Source: Bacteroidota bacterium (lineage in GTDB: Bacteria > Bacteroidota > Bacteroidia > Chitinophagales > Chitinophagaceae). From it: DNA of 64,000 nt. Within the stretch, counting starts at the first letter, position 1; each line of letters begins with the position of its first letter. Under the pieces are notes generated by a model. That model worked only from the letters and a program-made list of their open reading frames with translations, was not told where the DNA came from and did not search any database. The DNA is taken from NCBI GenBank assembly GCA_024640255.1, contig JAHEFI010000047.1:16689-80688 (forward strand). Direction: 5' to 3'. Positions 8,763-19,043 of this stretch are shown in pieces. A program made the translations under genes and the position numbers.

Positions 8763-11700
8763 ATGAGTAACCAATACCCAGAATTTAGTGGACTACACCT
8801 GCCAACGATCGAGGCAGAAATATTAGCTGCTTGGAAAAAAGAGCAGGCTTTTGAGCAATCCGTTCAATTACGCGAGGGCAAAACGCCTTTTGTGTTTTAC
8901 GAAGGGCCTCCAAGTGCCAACGGAATGCCGGGTATTCACCACGTCATTTCCAGAACTTTAAAAGACATGACTTGTAGGTACAAAACCATGCAAGGTTTTC
9001 AAGTAAAAAGAAAAGGTGGTTGGGATACACATGGTTTACCAGTAGAGTTGGGTGTAGAGAAAGAATTGGGAATTACTAAAGAAGATATTGGAAAGAAAAT
9101 TACCATTGAAGAGTATAATAAAAAATGTAGAGAAGCGGTTTTAAGATACAAGAAAGAGTGGGACGATATCACCAATAAAATGGGTTATTGGGTTGACTTA
9201 AACAATCCATATATCACTTTTGAAAATAAGTACATTGAAACTCTTTGGTGGATATTAAGTACGCTGTACAAAAAAGGATACTTATATCAAAGTGTAAGTA
9301 TTCAACCTTATTCTCCTGCTGCTGGAACTGGTTTAAGTTCTCATGAATTAAATCAACCTGGTACTTATAAAGATGTAAAAGACACTTCTGCAGTGGTGAT
9401 GTTTAAAGCCATTGAATCAGCAGAAAGTAAATTTTTATTTGAAGCAGCTTCGGCAAATAAAAACAATCAAGATATTTATTACATGGCTTGGACCACTACG
9501 CCATGGACATTGCCTTCTAACCTTGGTTTAACAGTAGGTCCAAACATTGAGTATGTATTGGTAGCTACGTATAACCCATACACAGCAATGCCTGTGAATG
9601 TAGTGCTTGCAAAAGCTTTGTTGTCAAAATATTTCAAGGAAGAAGGTGAAGCATTAGAAAGTTTTGCGGAGGGTGATAAAATATTACCTTGGAAAATTTT
9701 ATCAGAATTCAAGGGCTCGCAATTAAATAATTTACGTTACGAACAATTAATGCCATTTGAAGCAAATGATCCTGCAACATTTGAAGGAGATCCTTTTAAA
9801 ATTATTACAGGTGATTTTGTGACCACAGAAGATGGAACAGGTATTGTACATACTTCTCCTGCATTTGGTGCGGATGACTATAAAGTAGGTCAAAAAAATA
9901 ACTTAGGTATTATCACACTAGTAGATAGAGAAGGAAAATTTGTAGACGGTGTGGGTGAGTTTAGCGGACGATATGTAAAGAATTACAAAGACGAAAAAGA
10001 TTTTCAAGATGTGAACGTAGATATCTGCGTGAAATTGAAAAAAGAAAATCGTGCTTTCAAAGTAGAAAAATACGAACACAATTATCCTCATTGCTGGAGA
10101 ACAGATAAACCTATTTTATACTATCCATTGGATGCATGGTTTATTAAGACCACTGCAGTGAAAGAGAGAATGGTGGAATTAAATAAAACCATTAACTGGA
10201 AACCAAAGAGTACAGGCGAAGGTCGTTTTGGAAATTGGTTAGAGAATATGGTTGATTGGAATTTATCTAGAAGTAGATATTGGGGAACTCCATTACCTAT
10301 TTGGAGAACAGAGGATGGTGCAGAAGAAATTTGTATTGGATCCATTGATGAATTAACTGCCGCTTTTGTTGCAGCTAAGGAGAAAGGGTATAATAAAGAG
10401 GTGAATTTACAAATTGTAGACGGCAGATTGGATGTGGATTTACATAAACCATTTGTGGATCAAATAGAATTACTAAGTCCATCAGGTAAGCCAATGAAGC
10501 GTGTGCCAGATTTAGTGGATGTTTGGTTTGATTCTGGTGCGATGCCTTATGCACAATGGCATTACCCTTTTGAAAATAAAGATTTAGTTGAAAAAGGGGA
10601 AGCATTCCCGGCAGATTTTATTTGCGAAGGAGTGGATCAAACCAGAGGTTGGTTTTATACATTACATACACTAGCAGTAATGTTATTTGATAGTGTAGCA
10701 TACAAGGCAGTAATGAGTAATGGTTTGGTATTGGATAAGAATGGAAACAAGATGAGTAAGCGTTTGGGTAATGTGGTGAATCCATTCGAGACCATCGAAC
10801 AATATGGTGCAGATGCTACTAGATGGTATTTAGTAACCAATGCTTCTCCATGGGATAATTTAAAATTTGATTTATCAGGAATACAAGAGGTACAAAGAAA
10901 ATTCTTTGGCACATTGTATAATACTTATCAGTTTTTTGTTTTGTATGCGAATGTGGATGGATTCAAATTTGAACAAGACTATATTCCTGTAAAAGACAGA
11001 CCAGAAATTGATCGTTGGATTATTTCTTCTTTAAATACATTGACACAAACAGTCACTCAAGCAATGGATGATTTCGAGCCAACTATTGCCGGTCGTGCCA
11101 TAGAAAGCTTTGTGGATGAGCATTTGAGTAACTGGTATGTGCGTTTATGTAGAAGAAGATTCTGGAAAGGAACTTATACCGAAGATAAAATTGCTGCTTA
11201 TCAAACCTTGTATGAATGTTTAGAAACCATCACAAGATTAATGGCGCCTATTGCTCCTTTCTTCTGTGATCAAGTATTTAGAAATTTAAATGGCATTACC
11301 AAAAGACATGCTGTTTCTTCAATTCATCATGCAGATTTTCCTAAAGCAGATTTAAGTAAAATTGATTTGGCTTTAGAGCAAAGAATGCAAATGGCGCAAG
11401 ATATTTGTTCTTTGGTTTTATCTATCAGAAAGAAAGTGAATATCAAAGTTCGTCAGCCACTTCAAAAAATATTGATCCCAGTTTTAGATCCTTCTATGAA
11501 ATCAGCGATTGAATTAATGGAAGAATTAATCTTAGCCGAGGTGAATGTGAAGGAAATAAATTATATCACCGAGACGGAGGGAGTGATCAGCAAAAAGCTT
11601 AAACCCAATTTCAAGTTATTGGGGGCAAAATTGGGTACCAAAATGAAGCAGGCTTCCCAAGCAATTGCTTCCTTAAATCAGGCTCAAATTAGCCAGTTAG

Positions 11701-12113
11701 AGAAAGAGGGTCATTTTGAATTAGTGGTGGAGGGTGAGACCATTGACCTATTGGTGTCAGAAGTGGACATTATTGCAGAAGACATCCCAGGATGGAGTGT
11801 TGCGGTAAAAAATGCCTTGACAGTTGCCCTGGATATAACCCTAACGGAAGCTTTGATGAAGGAGGGGAACGCTAGAGAATTGGTAAATAGGGTACAAAAT
11901 ATCAGAAAAGAGGCCAATTTTGAGCTTACAGACAAGATTTTACTCCGAATTGTGGATAACACGGATTTGAAGGACGCCATTAATGAATTTTCCGATTATA
12001 TTTGCCGCGAAATACTGGCATTGGAAATTGACTGGGTTCCGGCTTTAGAAGACGGGGTAGATGTCGAAATTAATGACCAAAAATTAAGGATTTCAGTTTT
12101 ACAAAAAGGATAA
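8763..12113 (+). CDS. ileS: Isoleucyl-tRNA synthetase, type 2
   Basis: EGPPSANG, GWDTHGLP, WTTTPWT, DGTGIVH and KMSKR motifs; type-2 C-terminal domain. Confidence 0.97.
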   Translation: MSNQYPEFSGLHLPTIEAEILAAWKKEQAFEQSVQLREGKTPFVFYEGPPSANGMPGIHHVISRTLKDMTCRYKTMQGFQVKRKGGWDTHGLPVELGVEKELGITKEDIGKKITIEEYNKKCREAVLRYKKEWDDITNKMGYWVDLNNPYITFENKYIETLWWILSTLYKKGYLYQSVSIQPYSPAAGTGLSSHELNQPGTYKDVKDTSAVVMFKAIESAESKFLFEAASANKNNQDIYYMAWTTTPWTLPSNLGLTVGPNIEYVLVATYNPYTAMPVNVVLAKALLSKYFKEEGEALESFAEGDKILPWKILSEFKGSQLNNLRYEQLMPFEANDPATFEGDPFKIITGDFVTTEDGTGIVHTSPAFGADDYKVGQKNNLGIITLVDREGKFVDGVGEFSGRYVKNYKDEKDFQDVNVDICVKLKKENRAFKVEKYEHNYPHCWRTDKPILYYPLDAWFIKTTAVKERMVELNKTINWKPKSTGEGRFGNWLENMVDWNLSRSRYWGTPLPIWRTEDGAEEICIGSIDELTAAFVAAKEKGYNKEVNLQIVDGRLDVDLHKPFVDQIELLSPSGKPMKRVPDLVDVWFDSGAMPYAQWHYPFENKDLVEKGEAFPADFICEGVDQTRGWFYTLHTLAVMLFDSVAYKAVMSNGLVLDKNGNKMSKRLGNVVNPFETIEQYGADATRWYLVTNASPWDNLKFDLSGIQEVQRKFFGTLYNTYQFFVLYANVDGFKFEQDYIPVKDRPEIDRWIISSLNTLTQTVTQAMDDFEPTIAGRAIESFVDEHLSNWYVRLCRRRFWKGTYTEDKIAAYQTLYECLETITRLMAPIAPFFCDQVFRNLNGITKRHAVSSIHHADFPKADLSKIDLALEQRMQMAQDICSLVLSIRKKVNIKVRQPLQKILIPVLDPSMKSAIELMEELILAEVNVKEINYITETEGVISKKLKPNFKLLGAKLGTKMKQASQAIASLNQAQISQLEKEGHFELVVEGETIDLLVSEVDIIAEDIPGWSVAVKNALTVALDITLTEALMKEGNARELVNRVQNIRKEANFELTDKILLRIVDNTDLKDAINEFSDYICREILALEIDWVPALEDGVDVEINDQKLRISVLQKG

Positions 12114-12115
12114 AT

Positions 12116-13117
12116 ATGGCTACAAAGAAACCAGCTCCTAAAAAAGCGACACCAGCTAAAAAAGCGGCTCCTGCAAAAAAAGCAGCACCTGCTAAGAAAG
12201 CTGCGCCAGCTAAAAAGGCAGCTCCTGCAAAAAAAGCAGCACCGGTAAAAAAGGCGGCGCCTGCTAAGAAGGCAGCCCCAGCAAAAAAAGCAGCACCTGC
12301 TAAGAAAGCAGCTCCTATAAAAAAAGCGGCACCAGCTAAAAAAGCTGCGCCTGCAAAAAAAGCAGCTCCTGTTAAAGCAGCACCTGCTAAGAAAGCTGCG
12401 CCAGTAAAAAAAGCAGCAGCTCCAGTTAAGGCAGCACCTGCTAAGAAAGCAGCTCCAGCAAAAAAAGCGGCAGCTCCTGTTAAAGCAGCACCTGCTCCAG
12501 CTAAAAAACCAGTTGCTCCAGTGAAGCCAGTGGAAAAATATGTACCACCTGCAAAGCCTGTTCCTGTAATACCTACACCTCCTGTAAAGCCAGTGCGTAA
12601 AGCTGCTGAGCCTATCAAAGATGTGAAAGTGCCAAAGATTAGTGCAAAAAATAGTGTTCCTTATCAACCAGGTTATGTGCCAATGGAAAAGAGAAAAGAA
12701 GTAGAAAGATCAACAGATACTTTAGTAAAATATTCTGATGCAGAATTAGCAGAATTCAAAGACTTAATCACTAAGAAACTAGATGCTGCAAAAAAAGAAT
12801 TAGTGTATTTACAAGGCTTGATTACTAGAAAAGACGAAATGGGTGGTGATAATGATGATGCGCGTTACATGACTATGGAAGATGGTAGTGTTAGTATGGA
12901 AAGAGAGCAATTAGGTCAGATGGCAAGCCGTCAAATCACTTTCATTGATCACTTAGAGAAAGCTTTAATGAGAATTGAAAATAAAACTTATGGTATTTGT
13001 AGAGTAACTGGCTTGTTAATTGACAAAGCAAGATTAAGAGCAGTGCCTCATGCAACTTTAAGTTTAGAAGCTAAATTAGGGTATGTAAAAAATGCACCTA
13101 GTTCTAACGAACAGTAA
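12116..13117 (+). CDS. dksA: DksA/TraR-family protein with long Lys/Ala/Pro histone-H1-like N-terminal tail
   Basis: C-terminal RQITFIDHLEKALMRIENKTYGICRVTG..I...RLRAVP; N-terminal PAKKAA repeats. Confidence 0.85.
   Translation: MATKKPAPKKATPAKKAAPAKKAAPAKKAAPAKKAAPAKKAAPVKKAAPAKKAAPAKKAAPAKKAAPIKKAAPAKKAAPAKKAAPVKAAPAKKAAPVKKAAAPVKAAPAKKAAPAKKAAAPVKAAPAPAKKPVAPVKPVEKYVPPAKPVPVIPTPPVKPVRKAAEPIKDVKVPKISAKNSVPYQPGYVPMEKRKEVERSTDTLVKYSDAELAEFKDLITKKLDAAKKELVYLQGLITRKDEMGGDNDDARYMTMEDGSVSMEREQLGQMASRQITFIDHLEKALMRIENKTYGICRVTGLLIDKARLRAVPHATLSLEAKLGYVKNAPSSNEQ
12125..12510 (+). repeat. Coding tandem repeat of ~20 imperfect 15-21-nt units (KKAAPA/KAAPA)
   Basis: Repeated ccagctaaaaaagca/cctgctaagaaagct-type units, synonymously diverged. 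Confidence 0.95.
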
Positions 13118-13134
13118 TCTTTATAAAGAATATC

Positions 13135-13168
13135 AAAAAGGGGTTAACGAAAGTTGATCCCTTTTTTT
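13135..13168. terminator. Bidirectional intrinsic terminator between dksA and the convergent permease gene
   Basis: AAAAA-GGGGTTAAC-GAAA-GTTGATCCC-TTTTTTT. Confidence 0.85.
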
Positions 13169-13171
13169 ATG

Positions 13172-14383
13172 CTATAATCTCCCGTGTAATTGTTTCGCTG
13201 CTTTTCTAGCAGGTAGCCAACCCGCTAATAATGCAATCAATATAACTAGTCCAAATATGGCTAAATAGTCTTCTAGCATGGGCTTGATAGGATAGTAATC
13301 AATTACAAAAGAGCTGCCTCCTAATTTAATAAAATGAAATTGTTGTTGAAGCACTACAAAAGCGGAAGCTAATGCACCACCTAATAAAGCACCCATCATT
13401 GCCATGATACCAGATAGTAATAAAAATATTTTTTGAATATCTGTTGGCTTAGCACCCATAGCCCCCAACACTTGTATATCTTTTTGTTTTTCTAAAACCA
13501 ACATAGTCAAAGCGCCCACCAAATTAAAAGAAGCCACCATCATAATCAAAGCTAGAATTGCAAAAATAATCCATTTTTCTAATTGCATTATTTTATAGAG
13601 ATCAGCGTTTTGTTGATATTTATTTTGAATAATAAAATTAGTTCCCAATATTTTTTTCATTTGAGCAATCAACTCCGTCTCCTTGTTTTTATCAATGGCA
13701 CATTCAATTGCAGAGTATTGATTTTTGTTTAAGTCAAATAAGTATTGTGCGAATAGATAATTAGTAAAAACATAAGACTCATCAAATTCTTGCTGCACAG
13801 AAAATGCCCCAGATTGGTTTGCAGTTAAATTATTGAGTTGACTCATTTGCGTGATAGATTTTCCTGACCTGTTCACAGCAAATAATTGCACCGTGTCCCC
13901 TAGCATGCTCTGAAATAAGCCCAGCTTGCGTTCTACGCCAATACCTATAATTAATAAAGGATGGTCCTTATAGCCAATAGCGGTTTGTCCTCTTTTTAAA
14001 TAGTTTTTTAAATGGTTAATACTACCATAAGAAGTATCCACTCCTTTAAGGGTTGCCACCGTTTGATAATCACCCTTCACCAATAAAGCTTTGTTCTCTA
14101 CAACTTTACTAATAGCATGTACACCTTCTATATTTTTTAAAGAATGATATTGTGCATCAGTTAATGTAAAAAATTTTCCTTTTGCAGGACTTATTCTTAT
14201 ATCGGCATAGAAATCTGCGTACAAGCTTTTAACCACTTCTGAAAAACCATTGGAAACACTCAATATAGTGATAAGTGCAGCTGTACCTATGGCAATAGCG
14301 AAAACACTTACCCAAGCAATAATTTGAATTGCCTGAAAAGCATACTTGCCTCTAAAGTATCTCCATGCGAATAAAAAATGCAC
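13172..14383 (-). CDS. LolC/E (FtsX-like) ABC permease
   Basis: AWRYF..K, SVSNGF, EKQKDI..L.AMGA and LPARKAA motifs; GTG start abuts the rbfA stop. Confidence 0.88.
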   Translation of the reverse strand: MHFLFAWRYFRGKYAFQAIQIIAWVSVFAIAIGTAALITILSVSNGFSEVVKSLYADFYADIRISPAKGKFFTLTDAQYHSLKNIEGVHAISKVVENKALLVKGDYQTVATLKGVDTSYGSINHLKNYLKRGQTAIGYKDHPLLIIGIGVERKLGLFQSMLGDTVQLFAVNRSGKSITQMSQLNNLTANQSGAFSVQQEFDESYVFTNYLFAQYLFDLNKNQYSAIECAIDKNKETELIAQMKKILGTNFIIQNKYQQNADLYKIMQLEKWIIFAILALIMMVASFNLVGALTMLVLEKQKDIQVLGAMGAKPTDIQKIFLLLSGIMAMMGALLGGALASAFVVLQQQFHFIKLGGSSFVIDYYPIKPMLEDYLAIFGLVILIALLAGWLPARKAAKQLHGRL

Positions 14384-14728
14384 TTATAAGGTTTTAAAAA
14401 TCTCTTCCATTTTAAACACATAATCCAATGTGTCGTCTAAGTAAAAATGTAAAACAGGAATTCTTCTTAATTGATGTTTCATGGCTTCTCCTAAAAGCTT
14501 TTTAATCTCCCAGGCCTGGGCTTGAATTTTCTTAAAACATGCAGTTTGGTCAGTTACTTGAAACAAACTAAGGTATATTCTAGCTTCTAATAAGTCAGGG
14601 GTTACTTTTACGGAAGAAATGGACACCATGCCTCCGTCTATAATGGTTAGACCTAATTTTAGAAATATGTCATTCATAGTAGCCTGAATAGCTCCTGCTA
14701 CCTGTTTTTGTCTTTTGCCTTCTTCCAT
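14384..14728 (-). CDS. rbfA: Ribosome-binding factor A
   Basis: RQKQVA, VKVTPDL..ARIYLS and LRRIP.LHFYLD motifs. Confidence 0.93.
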   Translation of the reverse strand: MEEGKRQKQVAGAIQATMNDIFLKLGLTIIDGGMVSISSVKVTPDLLEARIYLSLFQVTDQTACFKKIQAQAWEIKKLLGEAMKHQLRRIPVLHFYLDDTLDYVFKMEEIFKTL

Positions 14729-14794
14729 AATCAAAATCGTTGATTCGCTGTAAAATTAGTTACTTTGCTGATTATTCTGAGGAATAGTTTATTT

Positions 14795-16612
14795 ATGAAG
14801 AAATTTATTAGAATCATCAGTTATATCAAGGAATACAAAGCCTATATGGGCCTTTATACCTTGTTTATCTCCTTGTCGATCATTTTTAGCTTATTCTCAT
14901 TAAGCATGCTGATCCCCTTCATGGATTTAATTTTTGGAAGTGATGAGCTATCTGGGGTGGTTAAAACGACAGCAGGTTCCGGCAGTTTTAAAGATATTAT
15001 TTATCATTTTTTACAAACTACTATTGCACAGTTTGGTAAAGTACAAGCACTGGGTTGGATATGCTTAGGTATTATTACAGCAGTATTACTAAAGAATTTG
15101 TTCTTATATCTTTCTTGGTATTTTTTAGCACCCATTAGAAATGCGGTTACCCGAAAATACTCCAAATTATTATACGATAAGATTTTACAATTACCTATTG
15201 GCTATTTTACTGAACAAAGAAAAGGAGATATTTTAAGTAGGTCTTCTAATGATATTGCAGAATTAGAAAACTCAATTATTGGTGCATTAGAAGGAATGAT
15301 TAAAGAGCCTTTGAATATCATCGGTATTATTATTGTATTATTTGCAATAAGTGTGAAGCTTACTTTGTTTGTATTTATCTTATTGCCATTAGCGGGTTTT
15401 GTGGTGGGAAGAATTGGCAGGAGTTTGAAAAAACAAACCAATAAAGCACAGGTGAAATGGGGAGAAATTATGAGTCAGATGGAAGAGACATTGTCTGGCT
15501 TAAGAATTATCAAAGCATTTAATGCAGAGAAAAGAGTGAAGAAAAGTTTTTATGGATTAATAGATGAAATCTTCTTTATCAAAAATAAAATCTTGTACAA
15601 AAGAGATTTAGCTTCCCCTTTATCAGAATCTTTGGGTGTGATTATATTATGTTGTGTACTTTGGTTTGGAGGCAAGTTGGTATTGAGTGGTGAAATTTTA
15701 TCTGGAAGTTCTTTTATAGGATATGTGGCATTGTTTTCTCAAATTATTAATCCCTCCAAGGCCTTATCACAAGCAGTATACAATGTGAATAGAGGTACAG
15801 CCACATTAGATCGCTTAAATGAAATTTTAGAAGCGCCAGTAGTAGTGGAAGAAGCTAAACACCCCATCGAGTTAACAGGGTTTAATCAATCCATCGAATT
15901 CAAAGATGTGCAGTTTGCTTATAATGATACCACTATTTTAAGTCAAATTAACCTGCATATTCAAAAAGGGAAGACCATTGCCTTAGTGGGTTCTTCTGGT
16001 GCAGGTAAAAGCACTTTGGCAGATTTAGTACCAAGATTTCATGATGTGAGTGGAGGTTCTTTATTAATTGATGGCAAGGATATCAAAGACTATAGTTTAG
16101 ATAGTTTAAGACACCATATTAGTATTGTTACCCAGGAACCTATTTTATTCAATGATACCATTGCAGCGAATATTGCTTTAGGAAAACCAGATGCTAGTAT
16201 GGAAGAAATCATGGAAGCGGCAAAGATTGCCAATGCTTATGATTTTATTACTAAGAAAGAAAATGGCTTTGATACTATGATAGGTGATAGAGGAAGTAAA
16301 TTGAGTGGTGGTGAGCGTCAGCGTTTAACCATTGCTAGAGCGGTATTAAAGAATCCTCCGATTTTAATTTTGGACGAAGCTACTTCTGCATTAGACACAG
16401 AGAGTGAGAAGTTAGTACAAGATGCTATTAATAATATGATGCAACATAGAACATCTATTGTGATTGCACATAGATTATCAACTATTAGACACGCGGACGA
16501 AATTATTGTTTTACAAAAAGGCAATATTGTAGAGCGCGGAAACCATGATGAATTGCTTGCGGAAAATGGTTACTATAAAAAGTTAATCGAAATGCAAGAA
16601 GTGCGATCCTAG
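14795..16612 (+). CDS. MsbA-like ABC exporter (fused TMD and NBD)
   Basis: Walker A GSSGAGKS, signature LSGGERQR, ILDEATSALD; multi-TM N-terminus. Confidence 0.9.
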   Translation: MKKFIRIISYIKEYKAYMGLYTLFISLSIIFSLFSLSMLIPFMDLIFGSDELSGVVKTTAGSGSFKDIIYHFLQTTIAQFGKVQALGWICLGIITAVLLKNLFLYLSWYFLAPIRNAVTRKYSKLLYDKILQLPIGYFTEQRKGDILSRSSNDIAELENSIIGALEGMIKEPLNIIGIIIVLFAISVKLTLFVFILLPLAGFVVGRIGRSLKKQTNKAQVKWGEIMSQMEETLSGLRIIKAFNAEKRVKKSFYGLIDEIFFIKNKILYKRDLASPLSESLGVIILCCVLWFGGKLVLSGEILSGSSFIGYVALFSQIINPSKALSQAVYNVNRGTATLDRLNEILEAPVVVEEAKHPIELTGFNQSIEFKDVQFAYNDTTILSQINLHIQKGKTIALVGSSGAGKSTLADLVPRFHDVSGGSLLIDGKDIKDYSLDSLRHHISIVTQEPILFNDTIAANIALGKPDASMEEIMEAAKIANAYDFITKKENGFDTMIGDRGSKLSGGERQRLTIARAVLKNPPILILDEATSALDTESEKLVQDAINNMMQHRTSIVIAHRLSTIRHADEIIVLQKGNIVERGNHDELLAENGYYKKLIEMQEVRS

Positions 16613-17448
16613 TAATCGCCCAATGTTTCCTCTAATTGAGTTAATGCATTTGCTAATTGCTCATTGTTAGGTGCGATACCATGCCACTCATGTCCAGTCT
16701 CCATAAAGTCTACACCCTTGCCCATGGTAGTCTTCATTAAGATCACTACTGGCTTCCCTTTACCTGTTAAGCCCTTCGCTTTTTCTAATGTAGCAACAAT
16801 CTCTTCCATATTATGACCATCCATATGCAATACAGTCCAATGGAAGGCTTTGAATTTCTCTTCTAAATTATCTAGGTTCAATACTTTGCTTAATGGACCA
16901 TCAATTTGTTGTCCATTTACATCTACTGTAGCAATATAGTTATCTACTTTATTGTGAGCGGCAAACATAATTGCTTCCCAGTTTTGTCCTTCTTGTAATT
17001 CCCCATCACCGTGTAATGAGTATACAATTTTATCGTCTCCATTGTATTTTTTAGAAAGGGCAGCACCAATAGCTACGCTCATTCCTTGTCCTAAAGAACC
17101 ACTTGCTATTCTGATGCCTGGTAATCCTTCATGTGTGGTTGGGTGACCTTGTAATCTTGAATTTATTTTTCTAAAACTGGCTAATTCTTTTACATCAAAA
17201 AAACCTGATCTAGATAATACAGAATAAAATACAGGAGAGATATGTCCATTAGATAAAAAGAACAAGTCTTCATTCTTTCCATCCATAGAAAAATTAGTAT
17301 CAAACTTCATTATCTTAAAGTACAACGCAGTTAAAAAATCAGTACAACCCAAAGAACCTCCTGGGTGACCACTTTGTTGAGCATGTACCATTCTTACTAT
17401 ATCTCTTCTAACTTGAGACGCAATTCTAGTTAATTCTGCAGTTGTCAT
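16609..17448 (-). CDS. Transketolase, N-terminal (TPP-binding) subunit
   Basis: SGHPGGSLG, LQGHP, GSLGQG and GDGELQEGQNWEA motifs; split form. Confidence 0.94.
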   Translation of the reverse strand: MTTAELTRIASQVRRDIVRMVHAQQSGHPGGSLGCTDFLTALYFKIMKFDTNFSMDGKNEDLFFLSNGHISPVFYSVLSRSGFFDVKELASFRKINSRLQGHPTTHEGLPGIRIASGSLGQGMSVAIGAALSKKYNGDDKIVYSLHGDGELQEGQNWEAIMFAAHNKVDNYIATVDVNGQQIDGPLSKVLNLDNLEEKFKAFHWTVLHMDGHNMEEIVATLEKAKGLTGKGKPVVILMKTTMGKGVDFMETGHEWHGIAPNNEQLANALTQLEETLGDY

Positions 17449-17540
17449 ATGCGTAAAATAATTATGGTGACAAAGATAGTAAAAAATAGAGCTAAAGAAT
17501 GACAGGATTTATTAGCTTTGTGTACTCAAAAGAATGAATT

Positions 17541-18104
17541 ATGTCGGAAGCTTTAAGTAAAATCACCTCAGATACTGAAAATGGCATGAAAAAAGCCATC
17601 AATCACCTAGAAATAGAATTAACTAAAATTCGTGCTGGTAAAGCAAGTCCTTCTATTTTAGAGGGGATCAATGTAGACTACTATGGTACACCAACACCTA
17701 TTAGTCAGGTAGCGAATGTGGCGGTTTTGGATACAAGAACGATTAGTGTTCAACCATGGGAGAAAAATATGTTGGCATTGATAGAGCGTGCTATTATGGG
17801 TGCGAATATTGGTATTACTCCACAAAATGATGGTGTACAAATTAGATTATTCATGCCGCCTTTAACGGAAGAGCGTCGTCGTGAATTGGTGAAAAAAGCA
17901 AGTGCAGAGGGAGAGCAAAGTAAAATTGCTATCAGAAATATTCGTAGAGATCATATTGAGCAAGTAAAGAAACAACAAAAAGAAGGGGTGAGTGAAGATA
18001 TCTGCAAGGGTACTGAAGATACCATCCAAGGCTTAACAGACAAATATATTGCTGCTGTAGAAAAACATTTAGAGGCGAAAGAGAAAGAAATTATGACCGT
18101 TTAG
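17541..18104 (+). CDS. frr: Ribosome recycling factor
   Basis: IRAGKA, VDYYGTPTP, PPLTEERRRELVK and IRNIRRD motifs. Confidence 0.97.
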   Translation: MSEALSKITSDTENGMKKAINHLEIELTKIRAGKASPSILEGINVDYYGTPTPISQVANVAVLDTRTISVQPWEKNMLALIERAIMGANIGITPQNDGVQIRLFMPPLTEERRRELVKKASAEGEQSKIAIRNIRRDHIEQVKKQQKEGVSEDICKGTEDTIQGLTDKYIAAVEKHLEAKEKEIMTV

Positions 18105-18972
18105 CAACTGGTCTGTTGGCAATAAAGACGCCTAATAATATAACACCCATCCAAACATATTGCATGGGTGTTATTTTTTCCCCATACAACATACCCCAAC
18201 TCACTGCTACAATGGGAATACCATAAGTAACCAGTGAACCAAAGATTACTCCAGCTCTTTTGATCAGGTAATAAAAAAGTATACTTGCTGCCGAAGTGCC
18301 AATAATACCTAATACCGCACTTGCCAAAGTAGAATGAATAATTAAATGGTTCGAAAAATCATTATGGAAGTATCCAGTAAAAAATAAAATGGCTGCACTA
18401 GGTAAAATTAAAAAAGCAAAAGCAACAGAGGCGATATTCAATGCGCCAATATGTTGTAAATACCTACCCACCATATTTACATTAATACCGTAAAATAATG
18501 TAGCCACTAGAACCAATCCCGCATAGCCCATATTATGCAAACTCATGTCTTTTCCAGCAGCAAATAAAAAGCATAATCCTACAAAGCCTATAATCACTCC
18601 AATTATTTTAGTGATATTGGTTTGCACTTTAAAAAAGCTAATACCTACTAAGATGGTAAACAGGGGTGTTAATGAATTCAAGATTCCAGCTAGTGCGCTA
18701 TCAATTTGTGTTTCTGCAATACAAAAAAGATAGGCTGGTATAAAATTGCCCACCACTCCAGATAGTATCACCAACCCCATTTTATCTCTGGGTATTTGAG
18801 GAAGGGCTTTGATGGCAAAAGGAAGTAAAACCAGGCCTGCAAAAAGCATTCTTAAAGAAGCCACCTGATAGGGAGAAAAAGACCTAAGACCTTCTTTCAT
18901 TAAGACAAAAGAACTGCCCCAAACCAGGGATAATAGGGCGAAAACCAGCCAATTGGTCCACTTCTGTTGCAT
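18091..18972 (-). CDS. EamA/DMT transporter
   Basis: WGSSF, AETQIDSALAGILNSLTPLF; about 10 TM segments. Confidence 0.9.
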   Translation of the reverse strand: MQQKWTNWLVFALLSLVWGSSFVLMKEGLRSFSPYQVASLRMLFAGLVLLPFAIKALPQIPRDKMGLVILSGVVGNFIPAYLFCIAETQIDSALAGILNSLTPLFTILVGISFFKVQTNITKIIGVIIGFVGLCFLFAAGKDMSLHNMGYAGLVLVATLFYGINVNMVGRYLQHIGALNIASVAFAFLILPSAAILFFTGYFHNDFSNHLIIHSTLASAVLGIIGTSAASILFYYLIKRAGVIFGSLVTYGIPIVAVSWGMLYGEKITPMQYVWMGVILLGVFIANRPVAKRS

Positions 18973-19043
18973 CTATTCGAATTTGAAACAAAGATGCCTC
19001 TTTTTGCCTTAAAAATGGATAAATTCTTGTTTCTTTGTAGCCT

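Noticed and set aside
11996-12667. Two long antisense ORFs (223 aa Cys/Phe/Arg-rich; 182 aa AGAAF repeats)
   Set aside because: They are mirror images of the stop-free PAKKAA repeat on the plus strand, with no independent coding signal.
16609-17448. Transketolase only about 280 aa, possible pseudogene
   Set aside because: Split two-subunit transketolases are normal in Bacteroidota, and the ORF ends cleanly.
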